From contig CAZXZQ010000001.1 in NCBI GenBank assembly GCA_964645215.1, positions 1 to 44,474 on the forward strand: a stretch of DNA of 44,474 nt, read 5' to 3'. This stretch comes from an uncultured Rhizobiaceae bacterium (GTDB taxonomy: Bacteria; Pseudomonadota; Alphaproteobacteria; Rhizobiales; Rhizobiaceae). The notes below the pieces were generated by a model that saw nothing but the letters and a program-made list of their open reading frames with translations, did not search any database and was not told where the DNA came from. Both the position numbers and the translations under genes were made by a program. Positions within the stretch are counted from its first letter, which is position 1. Each line of letters opens with the position of its first letter. Shown one piece after another: positions 9,000-20,382 of the stretch.

Positions 9000-10266
9000 T
9001 TTCCCGCGCTACCTCACGCCAGCCGATATCCCGGCGGCAGAAGCCATTTTCCCAATCAATTTTGTCTGCGGCTTGGTAGGCTTTGTTCTGCGCTTCGGTA
9101 ACGCTTTCACCCATTGCGGTAACGTTCAACACCCGTCCGCCAGTAGCAACAAGCTGCTCACCATCCATGCCAGTACCTGCATGAAAGACAAATGCACCGT
9201 CTGCTTCTGCAGCCTCAATATTGTTAATCGGCGTGCTCTTCTCATAACTGCCCGGATAGCCTTTTGAGGCGAGCACTACCGAGAGTGCGCAATCATCTGA
9301 CCATTGCGCATCATGCTCAAGGATGGAACCTTCACTCGCTGCAATCATGAGTTCAAGCAAGTCAGATTTTAATCGCGGCATGATGACCTGACATTCAGGG
9401 TCGCCAAAGCGCACATTATATTCAATCAACTCCGGGCCTTTATCGGTGAGCATAAGCCCTGCATATAAAATGCCCTTAAACGGATGACCACGTGAATGCA
9501 TGCCCGCAAGTGTTGGTACGATGATATCAATCATCGTGCGGTCGATCATCGCTTGCGTCATCACTGGGGCAGGGGAGTAAGCGCCCATGCCGCCGGTATT
9601 TGGTCCGGTATCGCCATCGCCCACGCGTTTATGGTCTTGTGCCGTACCGAGTAGCATCGCGGATTGTCCGTCACATATGGCAAAAAGACTTGCTTCTTCG
9701 CCTTCAAGGAAAGCCTCGATAACCACTTCATGTCCGGCTTCGCCAAACGAACCAGCAAAGCAATCGTCGATTGCGGCTTCTGCATCGCCGCGCGATTCGG
9801 CAATGATAACGCCTTTGCCTGCGGCAAGGCCATCAGCCTTGATGACGATAGGAATAGACATTTCATCGAGAAACGCTTTTGCACTTTCAGCTTCTGTGAA
9901 GCGTTTATAGGCGGCGGTAGGAATATTAAACTCCGCACACAGATCTTTGGTGAACCCTTTGGATCCTTCCAACTGAGCCGCATAAGCAGAGGGACCAAAG
10001 ACGCCGATTTGTTCTGCTTGTAATGCATCTGCGAGACCACCGACGAGCGGTTGCTCAGGACCAACCACTACGAAGCCGATGTCATTTACCTTGCAAAATT
10101 CAAGTATGCCCGCCTGATCGCCTACGCCGATATTGACGCATTCCGCCACTTGCGCGATGCCAGCATTGCCCGGCGCGCAGTAAAGTGTTTTCATCTTGGG
10201 TGATTGTGCAAGTTTCCAAGCCAGTGCATGTTCTCGGCCACCGGATCCAATCAGCAGAACATTCAT
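8992..10266 (-). CDS. purD: phosphoribosylamine--glycine ligase
   Basis: [19 protein letters not shown]..., an ATP-grasp core, and [11 protein letters not shown] chose the ATG at 10266 (GGAG 8 nt upstream) over the upstream GTG at 10278. Confidence 0.95.
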   Translation of the reverse strand: MNVLLIGSGGREHALAWKLAQSPKMKTLYCAPGNAGIAQVAECVNIGVGDQAGILEFCKVNDIGFVVVGPEQPLVGGLADALQAEQIGVFGPSAYAAQLEGSKGFTKDLCAEFNIPTAAYKRFTEAESAKAFLDEMSIPIVIKADGLAAGKGVIIAESRGDAEAAIDDCFAGSFGEAGHEVVIEAFLEGEEASLFAICDGQSAMLLGTAQDHKRVGDGDTGPNTGGMGAYSPAPVMTQAMIDRTMIDIIVPTLAGMHSRGHPFKGILYAGLMLTDKGPELIEYNVRFGDPECQVIMPRLKSDLLELMIAASEGSILEHDAQWSDDCALSVVLASKGYPGSYEKSTPINNIEAAEADGAFVFHAGTGMDGEQLVATGGRVLNVTAMGESVTEAQNKAYQAADKIDWENGFCRRDIGWREVARENG

Positions 10267-10311
10267 TAGTTTCTCCACTTAAAATTATGAGCGTAAGTTA
10301 CCATGTAAAAG

Positions 10312-10353
10312 AGTGAGACAATCCGCTTCTTGACCTAATCAGTGAGACAGTCC
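10312..10353 (+). promoter_or_regulatory. pair of 13-nt direct repeats flanking a CTTGACC hexamer in the purD/ubiA divergent region
   Basis: AGTGAGACAATCC (10312-10324) and AGTGAGACAGTCC (10341-10353) are 12/13 identical and start 29 nt apart. They bracket TTGACC at 10330-10335, 12 nt upstream of the ubiA ATG. Confidence 0.3.
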
Positions 10354-10364
10354 ACAGATTTGTT

Positions 10365-11369
10365 ATGACAGAGAAAACCAAAGCAGAAGACAAGGTCGCA
10401 GACGCACTTAAACATTCATGGGTTTATCATTTACCCAAATGGGCTTGGCCCTATGCGCAACTGGCGCGTTGGGAACGCCCCATCGGCTGGGAGCTTTTAA
10501 TGTGGCCTTGTCTTTGGAGTTTGATGCTCGCCTGGGGCAAAACCAATGCAGATATTGGAATGCCTGGTGCAGACACCAGCATGTTGATTACCTCTAATTT
10601 TATTCTAGCTTACGTATTTCTTTTTTGGGCGGGATCATTTCTGATGCGCGGTGCAGGCTGCACATATAATGATTTAGTCGACAAAGACATTGACGATAAA
10701 GTTGCCCGAACCCGCTCACGACCGTTGCCATCTGGTCGGGTGAATAAAAAACAGGTTTTAGTATTTTTGACGCTTCAATTATTATTGGGCTTGATCATTT
10801 TGCTACAGTTTAACAACACGGTTTTTTGGCTAGGTGTTGCGTCACTCATCACGGTTGTTATTTACCCATTCATGAAACGGATAACATGGTGGCCGCAACT
10901 CTTCTTGGGGCTGGCTTTTTCTTGGGGTGCACTTGTTGGCTGGTGGTCGCTCATCGGGTTTAGCGATGCAAATCATATTGGTGTCTGGACACCGCCGCTG
11001 CTTTTATATGCGGGCTGTATTTGCTGGGTGATTGCCTATGACACGATTTATGCGCATCAGGATATAGAGGATGATGCACTTGTAGGTGTGATGTCTACCG
11101 CGCGTTTGTTTGGCAAAAATACGAAGTCAGCCTTGCAAATCTTATATCAAGGCGCTTTTTTGCTATTTGCTCTCGCCTTTTATGCCGCTGGCGTTCACTG
11201 GATTGGCTGGCTTACATTAGCAGCGGGTGGCGTTCACTTGTTCTGGCAAGTGAAAAATTTCGAATTAGATAATCCGCAAAAATGTCTCATGCTGTTTAAA
11301 TCAAACAGCACGTTTGGTTTTATCATGTTTATAGGATTAGCAATTGCTGCAATTGCACGTGCAGTTTAA
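10365..11369 (+). CDS. ubiA: 4-hydroxybenzoate polyprenyltransferase
   Basis: 334 aa and polytopic, with the UbiA Asp-rich motif (NDLVDKDIDDKVARTRSRPLPSG) and a second motif (YAHQDIEDD). Confidence 0.9.
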   Translation: MTEKTKAEDKVADALKHSWVYHLPKWAWPYAQLARWERPIGWELLMWPCLWSLMLAWGKTNADIGMPGADTSMLITSNFILAYVFLFWAGSFLMRGAGCTYNDLVDKDIDDKVARTRSRPLPSGRVNKKQVLVFLTLQLLLGLIILLQFNNTVFWLGVASLITVVIYPFMKRITWWPQLFLGLAFSWGALVGWWSLIGFSDANHIGVWTPPLLLYAGCICWVIAYDTIYAHQDIEDDALVGVMSTARLFGKNTKSALQILYQGAFLLFALAFYAAGVHWIGWLTLAAGGVHLFWQVKNFELDNPQKCLMLFKSNSTFGFIMFIGLAIAAIARAV

Positions 11370-11908
11370 CGACGTGCAATTAGCTCTGCTGCAGAAATGC
11401 GTTCAACCTCACCAACAACTCCAGCCTTACGGCGACGTAAAAAGTTCGGGCGATGTTTAACAGTTGTAATACGCTTGCGGCGTTCCCACGGTGTCTCAAC
11501 CATGATTTCACCAAGTGTCTGCTGAACTTCTGTTGCTTCACCATCAATGCCGACTATTAGCATTGGCAGTTTCATCAAACGGCTCCATGAATGCCAGTCC
11601 GCTGCAATGTCGCTCATGTCATTTGCATAAAGAAGTGGAACACAAAGCTCCGGATCATTATGTAAAAGTTCAAGCGTTACAGTCATAACACCGTTTTGAT
11701 CTTCAACAGCACGAGCAGCCACACCTTTAAATGCGCGCGTTGGTACAGCCATTGTCATCGGAAGGCCACACGTAAGTGTCTTCTTCACAACAGCGCCGTT
11801 GCGATCAAGTTTCCATGATTTTGTTCCCACGCTCAAGCGGTGGGATGATTGATAAGGATCAAGCCGCAAACCACGGCTTGATCCTGTTTCTCTGGCTAAG
11901 TTTGCCAT
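11366..11908 (-). CDS. conserved hypothetical protein (possibly DUF6101 family)
   Basis: 180 aa from the ATG at 11908 (GAGG 7 nt upstream); the track start at 11920 is a GTG. From memory, alphaproteobacteria carry a conserved protein of this size next to ubiA, but the family name is unverified. Its stop codon shares the TTAA at 11366-11369 with the ubiA stop. Confidence 0.55.
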   Translation of the reverse strand: MANLARETGSSRGLRLDPYQSSHRLSVGTKSWKLDRNGAVVKKTLTCGLPMTMAVPTRAFKGVAARAVEDQNGVMTVTLELLHNDPELCVPLLYANDMSDIAADWHSWSRLMKLPMLIVGIDGEATEVQQTLGEIMVETPWERRKRITTVKHRPNFLRRRKAGVVGEVERISAAELIARR

Positions 11909-12102
11909 TATATGCCTCACTGTCCCTTTCAGAGCCCAATTCTTTGTCGGTGCTTCTGATGCGGAATTATTATTGTTATTTTTGTTTCCGCTATGAGAAC
12001 GAATATACGCGGCAGGATTCCAAATTCACTTAATAGATAGGGTAAACAAAATCTTGCTTTGAAAAGTGGTTATCGAATTGTTTATGCGGTTGAATTTGTT
12101 AA

Positions 12103-13897
<1,795 letters not shown>

Positions 13898-13901
<4 letters not shown>

Positions 13902-14854
13902 ATATTGTTCCTAGGTGCCGCCGCTCGGCTTAACCGGTCATTGATGGCAAGGCCTAGCCCTTCATTTGGTATAGGCGAAACTTGAATAATTTTTGCGCCA
14001 GTTGCGTCCAGTGTTTTTAAGCCCTGATAAAGATTAACTGCTGCTTCCTGCAAATCACCTGCCTTACTTAAATTAAAAATATGATGGTCGTCTGATATGT
14101 CAACACGGCCAAAAGCAAGGATGGCGCTTTGATCAGAAAAACTTGTTACATTGAGTTCTAAACTAGCATTGGGAGCGTAATGGCTTTTCATCATGCCAGG
14201 CGCTTCGATTGTTCCACCTTCATTTATTTCTGGTCTAATGCCAATCACATGCTCAATCATCCCAGCCGTTATAGCACCCGGGCGAAGAAGGCTAATGGTG
14301 TCGTTTTCAATTTTGATGATTGTGGATTCAAGTCCTACGTCACAAGCACCATCATCGATAATGGTTAGGTCAGAAAATTCATCCGCAACATGTAGCGCTG
14401 TTGTTGGTGATATTTTCCCTGATCGATTTGCACTTGGTGCGGCGAGCGGCTTGCCAAAATGCTCAATAATTTTTGATGCAATACCGTTCGGGTGACGCAA
14501 GCCCACCGTACCCAACTCAGCAGTTACCAATGGATGCAGGGAAGAGTTTTCTGCAAGCGGTACAACCATTGTTAAAGGTCCGGGCCAGAATGCCTCTGCT
14601 AACTTTACGGTGATTGTTGAAAGCACACCATATTCGCGTGCCATTGCTAAGCTGCTCACATGGCAAATCAACGGGTTAAATTTAGGACGCCCCTTCATTT
14701 CAAAAATTCTGGCAATGCCAATTCCATTGGTGACATCGGCTGCCAAACCGTAGACCGTTTCTGTTGGCAAACCAATACACTCACCGCTTGCAAGTAGCTT
14801 ACTTATTGCTTCAAGATTCGTTAGCGTCATTTTTGCAGATTCAATAATGCTCAT
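13898..14854 (-). CDS. tsaC: L-threonylcarbamoyladenylate synthase, long Sua5-type
   Basis: 318 aa with a YrdC domain (IGLPTETVYGLAAD, KGRPKFNPLI, SANRSG) plus the Sua5 C-terminal domain. Confidence 0.9.
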
Positions 14855-14872
14855 TTACCTGTTGCTTTTCAA

Positions 14873-14888
14873 TTGACGTGAACGTCAA
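14873..14888. promoter_or_regulatory. perfect 7-2-7 palindromic operator candidate, TTGACGT-GA-ACGTCAA
   Basis: It lies in the 83-nt divergent gap between tsaC and the acyl-CoA dehydrogenase, 50 nt upstream of the dehydrogenase ATG. The left arm doubles as a -35-like TTGACG, with AATTAT 17 nt downstream. Confidence 0.45.
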
Positions 14889-14937
14889 AATTCTTAATTA
14901 TCCTCCTAGCATTTAAAATTGAATTTGGAGGATTTAA

Positions 14938-16710
14938 ATGTACCGCGCACCCGTAGCAGAAATTTCTCATACGCTCAAACAAGTTGCTGGTATGACAGAA
15001 GCAATGAACAGTGGCAAATTAGGCGATTTGTCGGATGATCTTGCCGATGCGGTACTTGAAGAGGCTGGTAAATTTGCGAGTGAACGCATTGCACCGCTTA
15101 ATAAAGATGCTGATCTTGTGGGCGCCAAACTGGATAATGCGGTTGTAACAACGGCTCCCGGGTTTGCTGAAACCTATAAAGACTGGAGTGAAGGTGGATG
15201 GAACGCAATTGCCGGGCCGGAAGAATTTGGTGGTCAGGACCTGCCAAACATGTTGGCAGTTGCCACATCAGAAATGTGGAACTCGGCTTCCATGGGGTTT
15301 GCGCTTTGCCCGCTGCTCACAATTGGTGCGGTGGAAGCGCTCGACAAGCATGGCTCGGATGAACTGAAAACAACCTATTTGGAAAAACTTGTTTCTGGTG
15401 AATGGACAGGCACGATGAACCTGACCGAACCAGCATGTGGTTCTGACTTGGCAGCACTGAAAACGCAAGCCAAGCCAAAGGGTGATGGCACATATCAGAT
15501 TTACGGTCAGAAAATTTTCATCACCTATGGCGAACACGATATGACAGAAAATATCTGCCATCTAGTGCTTGCGCGGCTTCCAGATGCACCGGCGGGGACG
15601 CGCGGCATCTCGCTCTTCCTTGTGCCAAAATTCATGGTCAATGAAGATGGGAGCTTAGGCGCGCGTAACGATGTTTTCTGTCAGTCGATAGAACATAAAA
15701 TCGGTATTCATGGGTCGCCGACATGCGTGATGATTTATGGTGACGGATTTGAAGGTCAGGAGGCTGGCGCGATTGGCTATTTAATTGGCGAAGAAAATCG
15801 TGGCCTCAATTGCATGTTCACGATGATGAATAACGCGCGTCTTAATGTTGGCGTACAAGGTGTTGCTGTCGGTGAGGCTGCTTACCAGCATGCGCTTAAT
15901 TATGCGAATGAGCGCAAACAAGGCAAAGCGGCAACGTATGAGGGTGAGGGCATGGCACCGATTATTCATCACCCGGATGTTGCTCGTAACCTGCTACACA
16001 TGAAATCGATGGTAAACGCTGCGCGTGGCATTTGTTATTCCTGTGCGCATGCGTTGGATATGCAACATGCCAGCGAGGGGGATGAACAAAAAACCTGGGC
16101 TGAACGTGCTGGCATTCTCACTCCGATAGCAAAGGCCTTCTCAACTGACATTGGTTGTGAAGTTGCAAACATCGGTGTGCAAATTCATGGTGGTATGGGC
16201 TTTATTGAAGAAACAGGTGCTGCGCAATTTATGCGCGACGCACGAATTAATCCGATTTACGAAGGCACAAATGGCATTCAGGCGATAGATCTTGTGACGC
16301 GCAAACTTCCGCTATCAGGCGGCGAAGCTGTCAAAACCTATATCGGTGATTTACGCGAAATTGTTGAACAGGTGCGGGGTTCAAATTCGCAAGGCTTTGG
16401 CGCGACCGCTGAGCTTTTAGATACGGCTCTCAATGATGTTGAAGAAACCACAGACTGGATTTTGAAAAAACTAGCAAATGGTGAAATGGATCAGGCATTA
16501 GCAGGTGCAACACCATATCTTCGTCAATTTGGTTTGGCTGCTGGTGGGTGTTATCTCGCCAAAAGCGGATTGGCAGACGATGCAGCGCGCGCTGCTTTGG
16601 CAAGATTTTATGCTGAGAATTTTGTTGCTGAATGCAGCAGCTTAAAACAAACCGTTACTGCGGGGGGAGACAGTCTTCTTGCAGCCTCTGAAATGCTGAA
16701 AGCAGAATAA
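14938..16710 (+). CDS. acyl-CoA dehydrogenase, long form with an extra C-terminal domain
   Basis: 590 aa. It has an ACAD N/middle/C core (MNLTEPACGSDL, FITYGEHD, GGMGFIEETG...YEGTNGIQ) followed by an additional helical domain of about 130 aa. Confidence 0.9.
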   Translation: MYRAPVAEISHTLKQVAGMTEAMNSGKLGDLSDDLADAVLEEAGKFASERIAPLNKDADLVGAKLDNAVVTTAPGFAETYKDWSEGGWNAIAGPEEFGGQDLPNMLAVATSEMWNSASMGFALCPLLTIGAVEALDKHGSDELKTTYLEKLVSGEWTGTMNLTEPACGSDLAALKTQAKPKGDGTYQIYGQKIFITYGEHDMTENICHLVLARLPDAPAGTRGISLFLVPKFMVNEDGSLGARNDVFCQSIEHKIGIHGSPTCVMIYGDGFEGQEAGAIGYLIGEENRGLNCMFTMMNNARLNVGVQGVAVGEAAYQHALNYANERKQGKAATYEGEGMAPIIHHPDVARNLLHMKSMVNAARGICYSCAHALDMQHASEGDEQKTWAERAGILTPIAKAFSTDIGCEVANIGVQIHGGMGFIEETGAAQFMRDARINPIYEGTNGIQAIDLVTRKLPLSGGEAVKTYIGDLREIVEQVRGSNSQGFGATAELLDTALNDVEETTDWILKKLANGEMDQALAGATPYLRQFGLAAGGCYLAKSGLADDAARAALARFYAENFVAECSSLKQTVTAGGDSLLAASEMLKAE

Positions 16711-16715
16711 TTATC

Positions 16716-17489
16716 ATGAGTGAGACAAACGACTTTATTCTTACGTCCATTGAAAATGATGTGATGACAATTCGCATGAACCGTGCGGACAAAAAGAATG
16801 CGATCACGAGTGATATGTATGCTCGCATGGCGACGGCTCTCGATGAAGCGAATGACAATGATGCTGTGAATACGATATTGCTACTAGGTTCCAAAGGTGC
16901 ATTTTCCTCAGGCAATGACATTGGTGACTTCATGCGTGTGGCGATGAGCGGTGAACGTGATTCCATGGCAGTCTTTGATTTTCTGGAACGCATGATCATG
17001 GCGCCGAAGCCGGTTGTGGCAGGCGTTGATGGTTTGGCAATCGGCATTGGCACAACCATGCTTTTGCATTGTGATTATGTTGTAAGTTCTGATGCCTCGC
17101 TTTTCAAAACGCCATTTGTGGATTTGGGTCTTGTACCGGAAGCTGGTTCCAGTTTGATATTGCCAGAATTCATTGGTCACCATACAGCATTTGCTATGCT
17201 GGCACTCGGCGAAGCGTTTGATGCATCGGGTGCGAAAGAAGCAGGTTTTGTGAATAAAATTGTTTCTTCTGATGATCTTGAAACGTCAGCAATTCAAATT
17301 GCAGAAGCACTTGCGGCCAAGCCTCAGCAAGCCTTGAAACTGACCCGCGACCTTGTGCGTGGTGATCGTTCACCAATCCTTAAGCGCATGCGCGAAGAGG
17401 CTGTTATTTTCGGTGAGCGTTTGCAATCAGACGAAGCTAAAAATGCGTTTCAGGCGTTCATGGCAAAAGGCATGAAGAAGGCAAGCTGA
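16716..17489 (+). CDS. enoyl-CoA hydratase/isomerase family protein
   Basis: 257 aa with a crotonase fold (MNRADKKNAIT, FSSGNDI, GVDGLAIGIGTTMLLHCD). It starts 5 nt after the dehydrogenase stop. Confidence 0.85.
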   Translation: MSETNDFILTSIENDVMTIRMNRADKKNAITSDMYARMATALDEANDNDAVNTILLLGSKGAFSSGNDIGDFMRVAMSGERDSMAVFDFLERMIMAPKPVVAGVDGLAIGIGTTMLLHCDYVVSSDASLFKTPFVDLGLVPEAGSSLILPEFIGHHTAFAMLALGEAFDASGAKEAGFVNKIVSSDDLETSAIQIAEALAAKPQQALKLTRDLVRGDRSPILKRMREEAVIFGERLQSDEAKNAFQAFMAKGMKKAS

Positions 17490-17491
17490 AA

Positions 17492-18373
17492 CTAGTTTCT
17501 TAAAACAATACAATTACCGCCGACGCGTTTTAGCTTGGCGCATATATTGTTTGCACCTTTGCGCGAGTTTGAACCCAGTTGGATTTCATACCGTGCGCGA
17601 TTGCCAAAACTGCGGTTTACTTTCCTAGCAATAGATGGCTTTTTGCCCTTTAGTACTGAAGGAAATTTTTTCTGCAAATTCTTATAGGTGGTCAAGGCTC
17701 TATTACGGGAAAAGTTTGCCGTCAGAATAACCCCCCATGCTCTAACAGGTGCAATGTCGCCTCCCAGTGAAACATTGCGGTAAAGTGAATAACGCGTTGG
17801 GAATTTTTGACATGCAGTTAGAAAATCATCCTTGTCGCTTAAGCTAAATTTAGGTGATTTGAAATCAGATTTTACCCAATCTTCCGCAGCATAACCTGTG
17901 ATAGATGCAACGAAGTCTTGTGTTTCAAATGGGAGGCCAGAGCGTTTGCCTTTCCAGGCAGCAACCCTTCCAGGTCCCGCATTGTAACCTGCAGCCGCTA
18001 ATCCCCAATTTCCAAATTCATTTCGCAAGTCATTAAGGTAGGATGCTGAAGCTGCAATTGCGCTATGCGGCTCAAACGGATCTTTCAAACCAACCAGTTT
18101 AGCAGTTCCCGGCATAAACTGTGCAATGCCTTGAGCACCTTTTGGGCTAATGGCATTTGGATCAAACCTGCTTTCTTTCCAGATAAGACGTGCAAGAAAT
18201 GCCTCAGGAATATTTTGCGCTACAGCAACGGCTTGAATGCGAAAGCAAACCTGTTCGATGAATTTTTTAGGATTTACTGAATTAGATACCGTTGTTTGCG
18301 CGTGGCTTACATCAATATTTAGTATGCTTAGGTTCAGCAGCGTTACCAAAATGAAATTGATGTGTATTTTCAT
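17492..18373 (-). CDS. lytic transglycosylase (SLT domain) with a SPOR-like C-terminal region
   Basis: 293 aa with a signal peptide, an SLT catalytic region (WKESRFDPNAISPKGAQGIAQFMPGTA, YNAGPGRV), and a C-terminal segment of about 80 aa that resembles a SPOR repeat. Confidence 0.8.
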   Translation of the reverse strand: MKIHINFILVTLLNLSILNIDVSHAQTTVSNSVNPKKFIEQVCFRIQAVAVAQNIPEAFLARLIWKESRFDPNAISPKGAQGIAQFMPGTAKLVGLKDPFEPHSAIAASASYLNDLRNEFGNWGLAAAGYNAGPGRVAAWKGKRSGLPFETQDFVASITGYAAEDWVKSDFKSPKFSLSDKDDFLTACQKFPTRYSLYRNVSLGGDIAPVRAWGVILTANFSRNRALTTYKNLQKKFPSVLKGKKPSIARKVNRSFGNRARYEIQLGSNSRKGANNICAKLKRVGGNCIVLRN

Positions 18374-19596
18374 TTTGCCAGCAATGCTATCATTTCAATG
18401 TGTGGGGTATATTTAAATTGATCGATGGCGAAGAGCTTTTGAAGTTTAAATCCGCCACTGATAAGGATTTCCAAATCTCGTACAAGCGTTACAGGATTGC
18501 ATGAAACTGCCGCGATTTTTTGAACTCTAGATTTAGCAATTTGTTTGACTTGCAATTCAGCGCCAGCGCGTGGTGGATCGAAAACTAGGCCATCAAATTT
18601 TTTAAGTTCAGCAAAACTAACAGGCCTGCGCTCAAGGTTTCTAACTTCAGTTTTAACTTGTTTAAGTTTGCCCGCTGTTCCGCGCCAAGCAGCATCGAGT
18701 GCATCGAGTGCAGGTTTGTTTTCTTCAACAGCCCACACGGTTGAATTATGAGCCAAGGGCAGGGCAAAGGTTCCAATACCAGAATAAAGATCAGCCACAT
18801 TTTTACATGGCTTCAAATGTGCTGCAACGATATCAATCATTGTACTTTCAGCTTGTTTAACCGCTTGAACAAAACTACCTGGCGGAGGAATAACTGGCAT
18901 ATCATTAATGAGCAGAATCGGCTTCTTCGTCTCAATCAACGTCTCGCCATCAAGTGTAAGCCTGGTAAATTTATGTGCAATAGTTTTGCGGATAAGCACT
19001 TGGCGTTGATCTGCTGACAGGCCGGCTGTGCCATCAACGCTGATATCAAGACCATTGTTTGTCGCAAGAACAGACATGCGCGTTCCGGTTTTCGCAACAG
19101 GAATTGAAACTGCAAGCTCCTGCAAATCTTTGAGACGATCAATAATTTCATGTGCTGTGACAGGGCATTGTTCGATTGCAATAATAGTGCTGCTTGCCCG
19201 CTCGGCGAAGCCAAGTGCAATGCCGTTTTGTGTTCGCGTAAGATTAAATACGACCTTGCGCCGTGAAGCATCATCAAAGGAAAGAATTGGCTCAACTGTT
19301 TCAGCAATACCCGCCTTGATGAAAGGTTCTAATGCAAGCGCTTGTTTCCATGCGTGATATGCGTCTTGGGCCATGTGCTGCAACTGGCAGCCACCGCAAA
19401 CAGTGAAATGTTTGCAAGCTGGATCAATGCGGTCTGATGATGCTTCAACAATGGATGTAATCTCGCGTCTCGGTCCACTGCCGTTCACTTCAACCAGTTC
19501 ATCCACAAGTGTGAATGGTACAAAAATATCTTGCCCATTTTCCAGTGCGATACCATCGCCTTTTCTGCCAAGCTTTTCGATTTTGAGATTAGCCAT
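18370..19596 (-). CDS. class I SAM-dependent RNA (uracil-C5) methyltransferase, RlmD/RumA-like
   Basis: 408 aa with a TRAM-like N-terminus, a Cys cluster (C..CGGCQLQH), a SAM motif (DLYSGIGTF) and a catalytic region (FDPPRAG...VSCNP). Confidence 0.8.
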   Translation of the reverse strand: MANLKIEKLGRKGDGIALENGQDIFVPFTLVDELVEVNGSGPRREITSIVEASSDRIDPACKHFTVCGGCQLQHMAQDAYHAWKQALALEPFIKAGIAETVEPILSFDDASRRKVVFNLTRTQNGIALGFAERASSTIIAIEQCPVTAHEIIDRLKDLQELAVSIPVAKTGTRMSVLATNNGLDISVDGTAGLSADQRQVLIRKTIAHKFTRLTLDGETLIETKKPILLINDMPVIPPPGSFVQAVKQAESTMIDIVAAHLKPCKNVADLYSGIGTFALPLAHNSTVWAVEENKPALDALDAAWRGTAGKLKQVKTEVRNLERRPVSFAELKKFDGLVFDPPRAGAELQVKQIAKSRVQKIAAVSCNPVTLVRDLEILISGGFKLQKLFAIDQFKYTPHIEMIALLAK

Positions 19597-20341
19597 CTTT
19601 AATCCCTGCCATCAAAAACTCCTGATTGCCATCACCGCCATGAATAGGTGAAGGCATGAAATGCGTTACGCGCCAACTAGGCACATTATTAAACCAGTCG
19701 CGCAATCCATTTGCTGTTTCATGCAGTAAGTTTTCATCGCGAACAACGCCACCTTTGCCGAGGCGATCCTTACCCACTTCAAATTGTGGCTTGATTAGAA
19801 AAATTCCAATTGCGCCATCTTCGGCCATGTCCAGTGCAGGGGGTAGAGCAAGTTTGAGTGAGATAAAACTCACATCACATGTAATAAATTCAGGCGCATT
19901 ATGGTCAAGATGCTCAAGCGTTAATTCGCGGGCATTTACACCTTCATGATTTACCAGCTGGGGGTTGTCGAGTAACCGGTCATCCATTTGGTCATGGCCA
20001 ACATCGATTGCATAGACTTGTGACGCGCCTTGGTCTAGCAAAATTTGACAAAAACCGCCCGTAGATGCGCCTAGATCAAGGCATACTTTACCCTGTGGCG
20101 AGTATCTGGTTTCTTTCAATGCGGCGTCTAGCTTTATTGCGGCGCGGGAAACCAGATCAATTGCATCATCTTCGATCTTAATCGCATCTGGATCTGCAAC
20201 TTTTGTTGCTGGTTTCTTGACGGTGTTCTTGCCAAATTTAATGCATCCACGCAATATCGCATCCCGCGCCCTTGCGCGTGATGTATAATGGCCAGCTTCA
20301 ACCAGCCATTCATCAAGTCTTGGATTACGTTTTAAGTCCAT
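19589..20341 (-). CDS. tlyA: TlyA family rRNA 2'-O-methyltransferase
   Basis: 250 aa with an S4-like N-terminus (RLDEWLVEAGHYTSRARARDAI) and an FtsJ-type domain (LDLGASTGGF...DVSFISL). Confidence 0.85.
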   Translation of the reverse strand: MDLKRNPRLDEWLVEAGHYTSRARARDAILRGCIKFGKNTVKKPATKVADPDAIKIEDDAIDLVSRAAIKLDAALKETRYSPQGKVCLDLGASTGGFCQILLDQGASQVYAIDVGHDQMDDRLLDNPQLVNHEGVNARELTLEHLDHNAPEFITCDVSFISLKLALPPALDMAEDGAIGIFLIKPQFEVGKDRLGKGGVVRDENLLHETANGLRDWFNNVPSWRVTHFMPSPIHGGDGNQEFLMAGIKDG

Positions 20342-20382
20342 GCCTGTTCATTGGCCCAAGCATGGGTGGAAAGCAAGTTAAT

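Noticed and set aside
8285-9267. Several + strand ORFs of 90-150 aa antisense to the crotonase and purD genes.
   Set aside because: They are shadow ORFs of well-supported minus-strand genes, Arg/Ser/Pro-rich, with no start context.
11776-12033. An 85-aa + strand ORF reaching from the DUF6101-like gene into the intergenic region.
   Set aside because: It begins antisense to a coding region and ends in AT-rich spacer. It has no SD and a low-complexity Leu/Ser sequence.
16655-17059. A 134-aa minus-strand ORF overlapping the acyl-CoA dehydrogenase end and the crotonase start.
   Set aside because: It is antisense to two confidently assigned genes and shows no recognisable motif.
14938-17489. The idea that the 590-aa acyl-CoA dehydrogenase plus crotonase pair is a DmdC/DmdD-type DMSP demethylation pair.
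   Set aside because: Long-form ACADs of this architecture are widespread and I cannot discriminate substrate class by eye. No dmdA or dmdB is nearby. I kept the generic call.
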